A DNA stretch of 64,000 nt from a virus. Location: positions 1-64,000 of IMG/VR virus record IMGVR_UViG_3300030333_006551; one strand, written 5' to 3'. A program made the position numbers and the translations under genes. This document shows, in pieces, positions 10,627 through 21,442 of this stretch. Position 1 is the first letter of the stretch. Each line of letters begins with the position of its first letter. The notes below the pieces were generated by a model that had not been told where the DNA came from, made no database searches, and worked only from the letters and a program-made list of their open reading frames with translations.

Positions 10627-11040
10627 ATGGATGACATCTACAGAAAATATTTACCTACTTTTTCAGAGCTAATTGATAGACTCTCTATTGTGCAATTAAA
10701 AGAAGTTTTTATTCCTGAGAATAAAGATGAGTATAAGATTGAAATAAATCAGATTATGCATGATATTGATCAACTACTTAACAAGCCATCACCTAAAAAG
10801 GTAGATGCTAAGTTTATAAGATCTTTGATTGTTCTCGCCCAAATGAATTTACATATATGGCACAATGAGGCAAATTACAGAAAAGGCATTGATGAAGGGA
10901 ATAATTTAGAACTTACCCACGGTTTAAACGGTATTAGAAATACAGCCAAAAATAAAATCCAGGAGCTTTTTGGAGGTCGCAAGGACTATAAGATTGATTG
11001 CCTTGCTGCTGACTTTAAGGACTGGGAGATTAGTTGGTGA
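10627..11040 (+). CDS. Small helical protein of sugar-modification clusters
   Basis: ELIDRLSIVQLKE ... N..IWH.E ... N..R...KN.I pattern. Confidence 0.5.
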   Translation: MDDIYRKYLPTFSELIDRLSIVQLKEVFIPENKDEYKIEINQIMHDIDQLLNKPSPKKVDAKFIRSLIVLAQMNLHIWHNEANYRKGIDEGNNLELTHGLNGIRNTAKNKIQELFGGRKDYKIDCLAADFKDWEISW

Positions 11041-11774
11041 ATGTTCTTGTTATAGGTGAGACCTGTCAAGATAAGTTTTGCTACGGTGATTGTAGTCGGT
11101 TAGCGCCTGAAGCCCCTGTACCTGTATTTACGCTTATTTCTGAGTTAAACAACCCAGGAATGGCTATGCATGTGCAGAGAAACATTTTATCTCTAGGAGT
11201 TGATTGTCAGATTTTTACTAATAGTAATTGGAAGGATGTACAGAAGGTTAGGTATGTTGATGATCGCACTAATCAGATGTTTATCCGTATAGATAAAAAT
11301 GATGACAAAATTAAGAGAGGAAATGTTTCAGAGATTGATTATGATCAGTATGACGCTATTGTTGTTTCTGATTACGATAAAGGTTTTTTGACGGAAGATG
11401 ATTTAGATTATATCTTCCGTTGCCATCCTGTAACCTTTTTAGATACTAAGAAGGTATTAGGTTCTTGGGCTAGACGAGCTAAGTTCATAAAAATCAACTC
11501 GGTTGAGTATGAGAAATCAAAGCTATCTCTTGATGAAAATTACGATAAAAAACTGATTGTTACTACAGGAAAAAACGGTTGCAGGTATAATAACATAGAC
11601 TACCTTGTAGACCAAGTAGACATTAAAGATGTTTCTGGTGCTGGGGATACATTTTTAGCTGCTTTAGTTGTCGAATACTTAAGAACGCAAGACATAACTA
11701 AGGCTATAGTGTTCGCAAATGAATGCTCCACAAAGGTAGTCCAGAAACGAGGAGTAACAGTAGTAGATGAGTGA
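11037..11774 (+). CDS. PfkB-family sugar kinase, HldE/RfaE domain I (heptose-7-P kinase)-like
   Basis: RLAPEAPVPV, VVSDYDKG, DVSGAGDTF. Confidence 0.88.
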   Translation: MNVLVIGETCQDKFCYGDCSRLAPEAPVPVFTLISELNNPGMAMHVQRNILSLGVDCQIFTNSNWKDVQKVRYVDDRTNQMFIRIDKNDDKIKRGNVSEIDYDQYDAIVVSDYDKGFLTEDDLDYIFRCHPVTFLDTKKVLGSWARRAKFIKINSVEYEKSKLSLDENYDKKLIVTTGKNGCRYNNIDYLVDQVDIKDVSGAGDTFLAALVVEYLRTQDITKAIVFANECSTKVVQKRGVTVVDE

Positions 11775-12780
11775 AAAGATTTTAATTACAGGTGGTGCAG
11801 GCTATCTTGGCTCTGTTCTTGTTCAAAAGTTGATGGAGTCCAAGAAGTCGGCAAGACTTGCTTACCATGACCCAAAGTATAAGGAAAAAGTAGAAACACC
11901 TTCTTTCTATGTGTGGGATACGGTTACAGTTTATGACAACTTAATGTATAAGCAGACCCCTCTTACTAATTATTGCTATCGTGGAGACTTTCAGTTCGTT
12001 CAGGGTGATGTGAGAGATGAGGAAAAGCTGCTCCCTTTAGTTAAAGAGGCAGATGTAATTATTCCATTAGCTGCCATAGTAGGCTTCCCTGCTTGTGAAG
12101 CAGACAAGGAGTTAGCCACTGCGGTTAACACAGATCAGATTGAGTTTATACTAAAAAACAAAAAGCCTTCATGTAAAGTTATATATCCTAACACCAATAG
12201 TGGTTACGGTGTAGGAGAGGCAGGTGTACATTGCACTGAAGAGACACCCCTTAATCCAATTTCTCATTACGGTAAAACCAAGTGTGCCGCAGAAGATGCC
12301 GTAATTAAAGACGATCAGATTGCTTTTAGATTAGCTACTGTTTTTGGTGTATCACCTAGGATGAGGCTTGATTTACTTGTTAACGACTTTACCTACAAAG
12401 CCTACAAAGATGGATACTTAGTTTTATTTGAGTGGCATTTTAATAGGAATTACATTCATGTACAAGATGTTGCCTTAGCATTTATCTTTGCTATACAGAA
12501 CTATGAGTTCATGAAAGGTAACGCATATAACATTGGGCTCTCTGATGCTAATCTTACTAAGTTAGAGCTAACATACAAAATCAAGGAGCATTTCCCTGCA
12601 TTATCGGTCCAATGTGATTCCATTAAAGAGGATCCTGACAAGCGAGATTATATTGTATCCAATGAAAAAATAGAGTCATTGGGTTGGAGACCCTATTACA
12701 CCCTTGATGATGGTATTCGTGAGCTTAAGAAGTGTTTCACTATCTTAGGTCCCAGCTTGAACCAATATACGAACCTATGA
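11767..12780 (+). CDS. NAD-dependent nucleotide-sugar epimerase/dehydratase
   Basis: ITGGAGYLGS, YGKTK, RLATVFGVSPRMRLDLLVN. Confidence 0.92.
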   Translation: MSEKILITGGAGYLGSVLVQKLMESKKSARLAYHDPKYKEKVETPSFYVWDTVTVYDNLMYKQTPLTNYCYRGDFQFVQGDVRDEEKLLPLVKEADVIIPLAAIVGFPACEADKELATAVNTDQIEFILKNKKPSCKVIYPNTNSGYGVGEAGVHCTEETPLNPISHYGKTKCAAEDAVIKDDQIAFRLATVFGVSPRMRLDLLVNDFTYKAYKDGYLVLFEWHFNRNYIHVQDVALAFIFAIQNYEFMKGNAYNIGLSDANLTKLELTYKIKEHFPALSVQCDSIKEDPDKRDYIVSNEKIESLGWRPYYTLDDGIRELKKCFTILGPSLNQYTNL

Positions 12781-13502
12781 CTGAAAAGATAGCAATACTT
12801 CTTCCAACAAGAGGTAGAACCAACTGGCTTAAGCGGTTCTGGGCTTCGGTTAATGAAACCGCAAGATACCCAGCCTATATTACAATGTATCTTTACATTG
12901 ATGAGGATGATTTACAGGGTTTAGCGGGAGCTAAATTTCTGTCCAATGCATATCCTAATAATGTGTTTTTTATGGTGGGTCCACGGATTCTAATGTCTGA
13001 AATGCCAAATAAGTTGTTTGAAATGACCTCCGATGAAAACATCATGTTTTTGGCGGGGGACGATCTTGTAATGAGAACTAGACATTGGGATCGTTTTGTT
13101 ATTGAAGCATTTGAAAAAATCCCAGACAGACTTGCTTTAGTTTATGGCGTTGATGGAGGTGAAACTCAACATCCTCCTGACTTTGCTACACATCCAATTA
13201 TTCACAGGAAATGGTTTGATGTGCTAGGGTATATTAATCCTCCATATTTCTCTTGCGACTATGCTGATACATGGTTAAATGATTTGGCAGATGCAGTAGG
13301 TAGAAAGTATTTACTTCCGATTTACAATGAACATATGCACTTCACACTAGGGAAGGCCGAATTTGATGACACATATCTTGACGGTCGAAAAAGGTTTGCT
13401 AAAGATAATGTTCCTCAGGTATTTGAAAATTTAAGAGACGCGAAAAAGAAAGACATAGAAAAAATTAAAACATATATACGGGAGTTTAAAGATGGCGAAT
13501 AA
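12777..13502 (+). CDS. Glycosyltransferase, GT-A (GT2-like)
   Basis: ILLPTRGR, IDEDD, AGDDL, YADTWL. Confidence 0.75.
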   Translation: MTEKIAILLPTRGRTNWLKRFWASVNETARYPAYITMYLYIDEDDLQGLAGAKFLSNAYPNNVFFMVGPRILMSEMPNKLFEMTSDENIMFLAGDDLVMRTRHWDRFVIEAFEKIPDRLALVYGVDGGETQHPPDFATHPIIHRKWFDVLGYINPPYFSCDYADTWLNDLADAVGRKYLLPIYNEHMHFTLGKAEFDDTYLDGRKRFAKDNVPQVFENLRDAKKKDIEKIKTYIREFKDGE

Positions 13503-14523
13503 GTTACTAGCGGTATACAACACTTGTGGTATATTTAAGAATCCAAGACAGTCGGTTGAGTATATTAGAAGCATTTCCAGCTTGTTAGAGCAAGATCTAG
13601 ATGGAGTCCAAGTGGTGATGTCTAGCTGCCTTAACGATGCAGAAACGCGGAACGCAGTTCGGGAGTATTTTGAGGAAAGTATCTCGTATAATTTTATTGA
13701 AGAGGTGTTACCTGTAAACGCCACATTTAACCACACTGTGTATCAATCAGTTAAAAGGTTTGGTGAGTTTGATAGTTATCTTTATATTGATTCTGGAATA
13801 AAACTTCCTAAGAAGAATATATTTAGTAATATGTATCAAACATTAAACTCTGGTCCGTATTCATTGGTCTCTACCTTGGTGGAGAATGATTTTGCTCCTA
13901 GACATTTAATTGATAAACTATTGAAAAGTGCTGACAATGTGAAGGCTATAAAAAAAGAGGCTAATACTTCTTTAGGTTTCCAAAAAGAAGACATTTTCTT
14001 AGAAGCTGTGGGGGATTCAGACGATACAAATGAGATAGTGATTCCCGTGGGGGAAGCGATTAATGGTCACTTTGAGTTATTCTCTAACGAATACTATAAA
14101 GCATATAATGAGAGGTTAGTTCCTGATATCTTTGCATCGTATTGTACTGAGTCTGTCTATTCTTTTATGTGTGCAGCACTAGGTAAGAACTGGGTTATTG
14201 ATCCTAGAAATATGTTAGAGCATCTAAAAAGTCTGGATGTTGCAAGTGCTGGCTTTGCACCTCATGGGCAGTTTCCATCACATGTAAAGCCTCACCAGCA
14301 TCTGTTTAGATCCCCAAAACCTATCGAGCAAATTTGCGAAGAGGGATACCCTTTAGGCTTTGGATATGAAGAGTGTAACGGTGTACTGATACATGATCCT
14401 GACCATTATGATGATAATGGGTTTTGTAGGAACGAAAACTTGCAAGAGTTTTTAAAGGATAACATGTTCTTAAAGAAGGAGCAGTTAGATTACGATAATA
14501 TTGAAAGTGAGTTCATCGAATGA
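13492..14523 (+). CDS. Putative GT-A-like glycosyltransferase
   Basis: Cluster context; YLYIDSG motif; translationally coupled. Confidence 0.45.
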   Translation: MANKLLAVYNTCGIFKNPRQSVEYIRSISSLLEQDLDGVQVVMSSCLNDAETRNAVREYFEESISYNFIEEVLPVNATFNHTVYQSVKRFGEFDSYLYIDSGIKLPKKNIFSNMYQTLNSGPYSLVSTLVENDFAPRHLIDKLLKSADNVKAIKKEANTSLGFQKEDIFLEAVGDSDDTNEIVIPVGEAINGHFELFSNEYYKAYNERLVPDIFASYCTESVYSFMCAALGKNWVIDPRNMLEHLKSLDVASAGFAPHGQFPSHVKPHQHLFRSPKPIEQICEEGYPLGFGYEECNGVLIHDPDHYDDNGFCRNENLQEFLKDNMFLKKEQLDYDNIESEFIE

Positions 14524-15041
14524 AGTGGAAGGTCTCTTCTGAAAAATTTAAAGATGTGCTTCTATTCAACCCTTCTGTAAGTTATGATTTCAGGGGTGAG
14601 ATATTTACAACCTACAAGGCTGGAGTTTACGAAAAACTGTTAGGTCAAGTTCATTTAGAAGATCCTTTTGTTGAAGATAAAATTTCAATCTCTAGGAAGA
14701 ATGTCCTGCGAGGGTTACATGGCGACCATGTAACCGATAAGTTAGTTCAATGCTTACATGGAGAGATTTATTTAGTTTTAGTTGATTGGCGGGAGGATTC
14801 TCCCACATACATGAAATGGGAATCTTTCCTACTTAACGATAAAAATAAGCTACAGGTTTTAATTCCAAAAGGTTTCTTAAATGGACATCTTTGCTTAAGT
14901 GAGAAATGTATTTTTTCTTATAAACAAACAAGCTATTATAAAGGTGCCGATAAACAGATAACCGCTGCTTGGGATGATCGAAACTTGGGTATTTTTTGGC
15001 CTATAAAAAATCCAATACTTTCAGAGAGAGATGCACTATGA
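14520..15041 (+). CDS. rmlC: dTDP-4-dehydrorhamnose 3,5-epimerase family
   Basis: DFRG, NVLRGLH, KLVQCLHGEI, IPKGFLNGH, WP...PILSERD. Confidence 0.9.
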   Translation: MKWKVSSEKFKDVLLFNPSVSYDFRGEIFTTYKAGVYEKLLGQVHLEDPFVEDKISISRKNVLRGLHGDHVTDKLVQCLHGEIYLVLVDWREDSPTYMKWESFLLNDKNKLQVLIPKGFLNGHLCLSEKCIFSYKQTSYYKGADKQITAAWDDRNLGIFWPIKNPILSERDAL

Positions 15042-16528
15042 AATCAGATTTAGATATACTACTTGTTCATCCTAATGCTTCTAATAAGATCTATCAAGAT
15101 CTCAGTAAAGACTTCTCTGCCATCGAGCCTCCTATTTGGGCTGCTATGATAGCTAAGTTCTTGCTTAATAAGGGGTACAAGGTAGACATTTTAGATTGCG
15201 AAGCTAACAGACTTAATGCAATTGAAGCTGGTAAAATTATCGGTGTTGCCAAGCCTCGCTTTGTGGGTGTAGTGGTTTACGGACAGCAACCCTCTGCTTC
15301 CACTCAGAATATGGTGGGCGCTATAGAGCTTATGAAGCAGGTTGACATGTACGGTATTCCAAGGATTTACTTAGGAGCCCACCCTTCTGCTTTGCCAAAA
15401 AAGACTCTTCTAGATGACAAAAGGGCTTTTGTTTGTGAGGGTGAAGGACCATACACTTTAGATGCTCTGTTACAAGTCGATATATTTAATGAGGAAGAAC
15501 TATCCACCGTTCCAGGGCTGTGGTATTATGATTTGGAAAACGAAGAGATTAAAAACACTAAACCTGCTCCATTAATTACCGACTTAGATAAAGAGCTTCC
15601 TGGATTGGCATGGGATCTTCTTCCCATGGACAAGTATAGAACTTCTAATTGGCATAGCTGGACAAATGAGTGTGATAATCAACCTTTTGCCGCAGTGTAC
15701 ACTAGTTTAGGTTGTCCATACAAATGCACTTTCTGTATGATAAATTCGCCTTTTGGAGGTTCTGGGTTTAGATACTGGAGTCCAGAGGTAATGATTAAAG
15801 AGTTTGATAAAATTGCAGAGATGGGCATTAAAAATGTAAAGATTGCTGATGAAATGTTTGTTCTAAATCCAAAGCATTTCATGGCGCTCTGTGAGCTTTT
15901 AATCGAACGAGATTACGGGTTTAATATTTGGTGTTATGCAAGGGTCGATACCGTAAAAGAGAAGTATCTTAAAACCATGAAGAAAGCAGGTATAAACTGG
16001 GTTGGATTGGGTATTGAGTCGGGAGATGTGGATGTCCGACAAGGTGTTGTTAAAGGTAAGTTCCAAGACTTAAATATTGTAGACATTGTAAACAAAATCC
16101 ATGATCACGGTATTAACATAGGTGCTAATTATATTTTCGGATTGCCCAATGATACAAAAGAAAGCATGCAAAACACTTTGGATCTAGCAATTGCTTTAAA
16201 CACCGATTGGGCAAACTTTTATTGCGCTATGGCTTATCCAGGGTCGAAGTTACATGAGGAGTTTTCCGCAAATAATCCAGAAGTCCTGCCAGAGCATAGT
16301 GATTATCCAGGATGGATAGGGTATTCTCAACATGCGTATGAAACATATAATTTGCCAACAGAAACCCTTACCCCAGGTGAAGTTCTTGCTTTTAGGGATG
16401 AGGCATTTATAAAATACTTCACTAACTCAGATTATGTTTCTCGCATGACTGATAAGTATGGAGCAACTTTTACTACCGAACTAGATCGGATGCTCTCCCA
16501 TACTTTAAAAAGAAAATTTATCGCTTAA
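15038..16528 (+). CDS. Cobalamin-binding radical SAM enzyme (class B methyltransferase-like)
   Basis: N-terminal B12-binding domain (EPP, GAHPSALP, GEG) and TSLGCPYKCTFC; GIESG. Confidence 0.9.
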   Translation: MKSDLDILLVHPNASNKIYQDLSKDFSAIEPPIWAAMIAKFLLNKGYKVDILDCEANRLNAIEAGKIIGVAKPRFVGVVVYGQQPSASTQNMVGAIELMKQVDMYGIPRIYLGAHPSALPKKTLLDDKRAFVCEGEGPYTLDALLQVDIFNEEELSTVPGLWYYDLENEEIKNTKPAPLITDLDKELPGLAWDLLPMDKYRTSNWHSWTNECDNQPFAAVYTSLGCPYKCTFCMINSPFGGSGFRYWSPEVMIKEFDKIAEMGIKNVKIADEMFVLNPKHFMALCELLIERDYGFNIWCYARVDTVKEKYLKTMKKAGINWVGLGIESGDVDVRQGVVKGKFQDLNIVDIVNKIHDHGINIGANYIFGLPNDTKESMQNTLDLAIALNTDWANFYCAMAYPGSKLHEEFSANNPEVLPEHSDYPGWIGYSQHAYETYNLPTETLTPGEVLAFRDEAFIKYFTNSDYVSRMTDKYGATFTTELDRMLSHTLKRKFIA

Positions 16529-16561
16529 AATTTTCTCCCCTCTTCTTTTATATGTGACCCT

Positions 16562-17383
16562 ATGAGTGATTCTAAACGAAAAAAATGTAACATACTTACG
16601 CTTAATAAATATAAGCAAGAAAAAACTAATGCTGTCATGGTTACAGCGTATGATTTCCCACAAGCTCAACTAGCCCAGCAAGCTGGAGTCGATATGATTC
16701 TTGTAGGTGATTCGCTAGGCATGACAACTTTAGGTCATGAAAGCACTATACCAGTTACAATGGATGAAATGATTAGTCATTGTAAGGCTGTTAAGCGCGG
16801 TGCGGATAAAACTTTTCTCATAGGAGATATGCCTTTCCTTTCTTATCAAGCCTCGGATGAGGATGCTGTTAGAAATGCAGGTAGGTTTATTCAAGCGGGT
16901 ATGGATTGCATTAAACTTGAAGGCGTAGCCGAGAGTAGAATCAAAGCCATTTCAGACGCAGGCATTATGGTTATGGGTCACTTAGGTCTAACACCACAAA
17001 GTCAGGCCAAATTAGGTGGACATAGAGTTCAAGGTAAAACGAAAGAGTCCTTTCGTGAAATTTTAGATCAGGCTAGAAGAGTGCAGGAGGCGGGTTGCTC
17101 TTTCTTATTATTAGAAGCGATGCCTGTAGAACCAGCGAGAATGATCGCTGAAGAATTAGACATACCTGTTTATGGGATTGGAGCAGGTAATGAAACTGAT
17201 GGTCAGCTTGTAATCCTGCACGATTTAATTGGTATGTTTTTTGAGTTCAAGCCTAGGTTTGCCAAGAGATATTGCGAAGCAGGTAAATTAATTAGAGAAG
17301 CTTTGGAGGATTATTGCTCTGAAGTTAGGGATGGCTCTTTCCCAAGTGAAGAGCACTTTTATGCACCTTTGGAGGATTTTTAA
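16562..17383 (+). CDS. panB: 3-methyl-2-oxobutanoate hydroxymethyltransferase family
   Basis: VTAYD, ILVGDSLGM, GDMPFLSY, KLEG, MGHLGLTPQS, GIGAG..TDGQ. Confidence 0.93.
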   Translation: MSDSKRKKCNILTLNKYKQEKTNAVMVTAYDFPQAQLAQQAGVDMILVGDSLGMTTLGHESTIPVTMDEMISHCKAVKRGADKTFLIGDMPFLSYQASDEDAVRNAGRFIQAGMDCIKLEGVAESRIKAISDAGIMVMGHLGLTPQSQAKLGGHRVQGKTKESFREILDQARRVQEAGCSFLLLEAMPVEPARMIAEELDIPVYGIGAGNETDGQLVILHDLIGMFFEFKPRFAKRYCEAGKLIREALEDYCSEVRDGSFPSEEHFYAPLEDF

Positions 17384-19279
17384 GTGGAGCAAAAACTTTC
17401 GGATTATGTAATTAACTACCTTGGTGATCTGGGTATCGAGGATATTTTTCTTGTTTATGGAGCAGCGAATGGAGATCTTGTTGACGCATTTGTTAGGGCC
17501 GAAAAGACACGCTATGTTGCGGTAATGCATGAGCAAGGTGGTGGATTTGCTGCCGAAGGGTACGCAAAAATCTCTGGAAAGCCTGGAGTAGTTATCGTAA
17601 CAAGTGGACCAGGAGGTCAGAACCTCGTTACCTCTATGGGTAATTGCTTCTATGATTCCGTGCCTTGTGTGTTTATTACAGGTCAGATTAACTCTAAGTT
17701 CCTTCGCCCTTCCGAAGAAATCCGACAGATTGGATTCCAGGAAACAGACATGGTAGCTATTGCAGAGCCTGTCACTAAGTATGCGAAGATGATTACAGAG
17801 CCTGAAGAGATTAGATATGAGCTAGAGAAAGCTATTCACTTAGCCACTACTGGTCGCCCAGGACCCGTACATCTAGACATTCCTCTAAATATACAAAAGG
17901 CTATGGTTGATCCTGATAAGCTTATTGGGTTCAGTACACAGACTAACAACTCATATAATGAAGAAGTTATTCTTAAGCAAATAGATACCTACTTAGACGA
18001 TCTAGTCACTAGTGAGCGTCCTTGCTTGATGATAGGTAATGGGGTTCGTCTAGCAGGTGCTGAGAATGACATTCTGGACTTAGGGCGTAAGCTCAAGATT
18101 CCCGTATTTCCTACTTGGAACGCTCTCGATATTATTTGTTCTGACTACGAGTATTATGGTGGTAGAATCGGGACCTATGGTGGTGCTGGAAGAAACTTTG
18201 GAATCCAAAATACCGATTTACTATTAGCTATCGGTAGTCGGATTTCAGGGCGAATTACGGGCGGTAACATTCATAGCTTTGCTAGAGAAGCTAAGAAGTA
18301 TATGGTTGATGTAGACGAACCCGCGCTACAACCACACTTACAACAAGTGCCTTTTGATGAGTGTATTTTATCTGATGCCAAGCTGTTTATTAAACTGTTA
18401 ATGGATAGGATTGATGAGAGAAATATTACTATTCCTAATTTCGATTGGTGGGTTGATAAGGTTAAAGAGTGGAAAGTAAAGTACGACCCTGTAACTTCTG
18501 ATATGTTCGATGAGAGTGATATTGTTCACCCTTATGCTTTTATGCGTATTCTCTCAGAGGAGATGAACTCGGACGATATTCTTGCAGCAGATTGTGGGGG
18601 TAACATTGTAGTAACCAATCATGCTTTTGAAACTAAGACGGGTCAGAGGTATTTTACTAATAACGGCAACTCTCCTATGGGCTTCTCCTTTGCAGGAGCT
18701 ATGGGCGCATGGTTTGCTTCCGATAAAAAGCAAAATGTCGTTTGTGTTATTGGTGACGGTGGAATGAACATGAACATTCAGGAACTTCAAACTCTGAAAA
18801 ATTATGGAGTTAAGTTAAAGACGATTGTACTTAATAACAACATCTACGGGATCACTAAAGCTTACCAGGAAGTTAACTTTGAAGGTAGAAGCGAAGCCTG
18901 TGGGCCTAAGGGTTATAACCCTCCCGATTTTGTAAAAATTGCTAAAGCTTATGATATTGAGACTATCGAGATCAAAGAAGGTAAGTACGACAAAGTAAGA
19001 CACCAGATTAGAGAGCTTTTAGCAGCAGATGGGCCTGTTGTTTGTGATGTTAACTGCTTTGAATATCACACTTATGAGCCTAAGATTGTTGGGTGGGACA
19101 CGCCTATTGAAGATATGTATCCTTGGCTTCCAAGAGAAGAGTTCTTAGCCAACATGTATATTAAACCTTTGGAGTGTTCTGTTAATAGAGATGTATCTAA
19201 GAAACCTTCTGGATCCTCTGGTTTAGTTGAGAAGAAAGAAGAGAAGCATTCTGCTTTTGCGGAGTCGAACATTGCCTAA
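17384..19279 (+). CDS. ThDP-dependent enzyme, acetolactate-synthase-large-subunit-like
   Basis: HEQGGGFAAEGY, TSGPG, GFQETD, GRPGPV, GDGG...NN ThDP motif; GTG start. Confidence 0.9.
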   Translation: MEQKLSDYVINYLGDLGIEDIFLVYGAANGDLVDAFVRAEKTRYVAVMHEQGGGFAAEGYAKISGKPGVVIVTSGPGGQNLVTSMGNCFYDSVPCVFITGQINSKFLRPSEEIRQIGFQETDMVAIAEPVTKYAKMITEPEEIRYELEKAIHLATTGRPGPVHLDIPLNIQKAMVDPDKLIGFSTQTNNSYNEEVILKQIDTYLDDLVTSERPCLMIGNGVRLAGAENDILDLGRKLKIPVFPTWNALDIICSDYEYYGGRIGTYGGAGRNFGIQNTDLLLAIGSRISGRITGGNIHSFAREAKKYMVDVDEPALQPHLQQVPFDECILSDAKLFIKLLMDRIDERNITIPNFDWWVDKVKEWKVKYDPVTSDMFDESDIVHPYAFMRILSEEMNSDDILAADCGGNIVVTNHAFETKTGQRYFTNNGNSPMGFSFAGAMGAWFASDKKQNVVCVIGDGGMNMNIQELQTLKNYGVKLKTIVLNNNIYGITKAYQEVNFEGRSEACGPKGYNPPDFVKIAKAYDIETIEIKEGKYDKVRHQIRELLAADGPVVCDVNCFEYHTYEPKIVGWDTPIEDMYPWLPREEFLANMYIKPLECSVNRDVSKKPSGSSGLVEKKEEKHSAFAESNIA

Positions 19280-20519
19280 CATTGATCCTAAATTTCTAAA
19301 GACTTTTGCACAAGAGGTGCAAAAGAATAGTGCCACGCTTAGAGGTTCTTTATATCGAACAGGAAAGGTACTTGATAATAAAGCAAATGTTTTATTTGAT
19401 AGTCTTAACGAATTATCCATTGTTCCTCCTGCCAAGGTAGGTATGTCTGTTGAGAATGCTATGAACCTACAAGACGCGGGACTTAATCTAAAATTTTACG
19501 GTTATTATCAAAGTTTGCTTACTTGGGTTATAGATGCTTATAAACTGGTAGATTCTATGCGTTCTTTAAAGTTATCTACTTTGGAGAACAAACCATTACC
19601 TATAATGATAGATAAGCTTTTAATGGAGGGAAAAGAAAGAGATTACGGGGACAAAAAGATATCTCTAATTGTTCCCTCCCGTGAGAGATTAGAACTATTA
19701 CTTCATTTTCTATACACAGCCTGTAAAAGAGCTAAGAGCATAAAAAATATTGAAATTATTTTGGTGGTGGACCATGATGATCATTCTGGTTTAGACACTA
19801 CTCCTTTACATGAGGTTCACAAAACCAACGGTTTAGCGTATCATGATTTTGTGGATGCATCTTGTGTAACTTATCGAGATAGGATTGAGTCCTTTTTAAA
19901 GAATACCTCTTATGGGGATTGTGTTAAGATTATTGATCGCGCTAGTTCTTCACAAAATAACAACGAGGAGTGTTATAACTTTGGTGCTAGTCATGCAACA
20001 GGGGATTTAATTTGGGCGTTGGGTGATGACTGCGAGATTCTAAATAATGACTGGGATGATACTATTCTAAAGCATTCTATGGAGTTTGAAGAGAGATTAA
20101 ATTACCTCTTCGGAGGCTCTGAATCAGACTGTGCTTATTATATAAAAGTAAGTGATGGCAGTCATGAAGGTGACTCTGGGAAAGCTTTGTCTGTCTGCGC
20201 TTTTCCTGTAATATCAAGAAGCAGCTATGACAAATTAGGTTTCTTAGCTTTGAGAGAATTTTATTGCTGGCTGGCTGATTTTGCACTCTATGAAGTCTAC
20301 TCTAACTCTAAGATACCTCGTATTTTTAATCTTTCTTCTGAAATCCAGGTAGCACATTACTCCCACCTCAGCACAATAGAAGAGAATAAAAGAGGCGAAG
20401 ATGACATAAATAGGAAGATAAACTTATATACTATGAATGCTGGATCTATGCAATATAAAGAGTTCATAGAAACAAGATTAGCTGTGCATGTCGCGGCTTT
20501 AGATGAAGGTGTAGAATGA
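19272..20519 (+). CDS. Glycosyltransferase, GT-A (GT2-like) with N-terminal extension
   Basis: ISLIVPSRER, VVDHDD, LGDD, WLADFAL; resembles 12777..13502. Confidence 0.65.
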   Translation: MPNIDPKFLKTFAQEVQKNSATLRGSLYRTGKVLDNKANVLFDSLNELSIVPPAKVGMSVENAMNLQDAGLNLKFYGYYQSLLTWVIDAYKLVDSMRSLKLSTLENKPLPIMIDKLLMEGKERDYGDKKISLIVPSRERLELLLHFLYTACKRAKSIKNIEIILVVDHDDHSGLDTTPLHEVHKTNGLAYHDFVDASCVTYRDRIESFLKNTSYGDCVKIIDRASSSQNNNEECYNFGASHATGDLIWALGDDCEILNNDWDDTILKHSMEFEERLNYLFGGSESDCAYYIKVSDGSHEGDSGKALSVCAFPVISRSSYDKLGFLALREFYCWLADFALYEVYSNSKIPRIFNLSSEIQVAHYSHLSTIEENKRGEDDINRKINLYTMNAGSMQYKEFIETRLAVHVAALDEGVE

Positions 20520-21442
20520 ATAAATTAAAACTATATGTGTATCCTAATGCTAAGGATCATGTTCATGATCAGGATCCCAAGTATATTAACTGTGTTCCGT
20601 TAAGTAAGAAAGGGTTAGAAGATCATTGTGAGTTAGTTGGGCCTGAAGAAGCTGACTACTTTTATATGGGTCAGTTTGCTGATGTGAACAATCGACCTAA
20701 CCCTGATGAGTTTCAGTATTTTGAGGGGAACGAAGAGAGGCACATAGTTGATCTTGAGGGAGAAGGAGGTATTCTTATTCCTGAGTGGTTGCATGGATCA
20801 ATCATAACCACCAACGGTCCTTTGAAGGAATATTCTCACATAAAAAAGCTGTTTGTTCGTCCTACTTTCTCACATCTCCTGCTGGACATAGTGAATGGTG
20901 AGCCTGAGCATTTCGAGATCCCAGAGGAAAGATCCTTTGGTTTTAAAGGACTACCTAATCATGCAGTACGGTATTTGTTGTTTAATTCTTTATACCAAAC
21001 GCAGAAACATTGGCATCTTCCAGTACATATTTACCCTAACAATGTTTGGGGTGGGCCTATGGTCGAAGGTTCGGATCTAAGGAAAGAATACACAAAGTTA
21101 ATGACCGACCACATATTTTCATTATGTCCTAGAGGGATAGGCATTGATAGTGTTAGAGTTATAGAGACTTGTTACTTTAATAGAGTGCCTATTATAATTA
21201 CAGATAAAGATTATTTCTTAGTGGGTGAGCATAAGGTTAATGTAGATGATTTTGCTTACAAGGTTTTAGTTCCTGATTTGTCAGAGCAAAATCTAATAGA
21301 TCAATTAACAGAGATATACGATAAGCCCAAGGAAGAAATAGAAGAAAAGTCAAATAATGCGAGGAAGTATTTTGATACGGTAATTAGAGATTACTTCGCA
21401 GACCCTACAAAAGAATTTATTGATTGGTTACATGGCAAGTAA
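20516..21442 (+). CDS. Exostosin-like (GT47) glycosyltransferase
   Basis: KLYVYP start, PEEADYF, FSLCPRGIG..SVRVIE...RVPIII. Confidence 0.75.
   Translation: MNKLKLYVYPNAKDHVHDQDPKYINCVPLSKKGLEDHCELVGPEEADYFYMGQFADVNNRPNPDEFQYFEGNEERHIVDLEGEGGILIPEWLHGSIITTNGPLKEYSHIKKLFVRPTFSHLLLDIVNGEPEHFEIPEERSFGFKGLPNHAVRYLLFNSLYQTQKHWHLPVHIYPNNVWGGPMVEGSDLRKEYTKLMTDHIFSLCPRGIGIDSVRVIETCYFNRVPIIITDKDYFLVGEHKVNVDDFAYKVLVPDLSEQNLIDQLTEIYDKPKEEIEEKSNNARKYFDTVIRDYFADPTKEFIDWLHGK

Noticed and set aside
16562-19279. panB and the ALS-like gene as host-chromosome contamination or a prophage boundary
   Set aside because: They share the strand, tight packing and AT-rich composition of the flanking phage genes, with phage core genes on both sides
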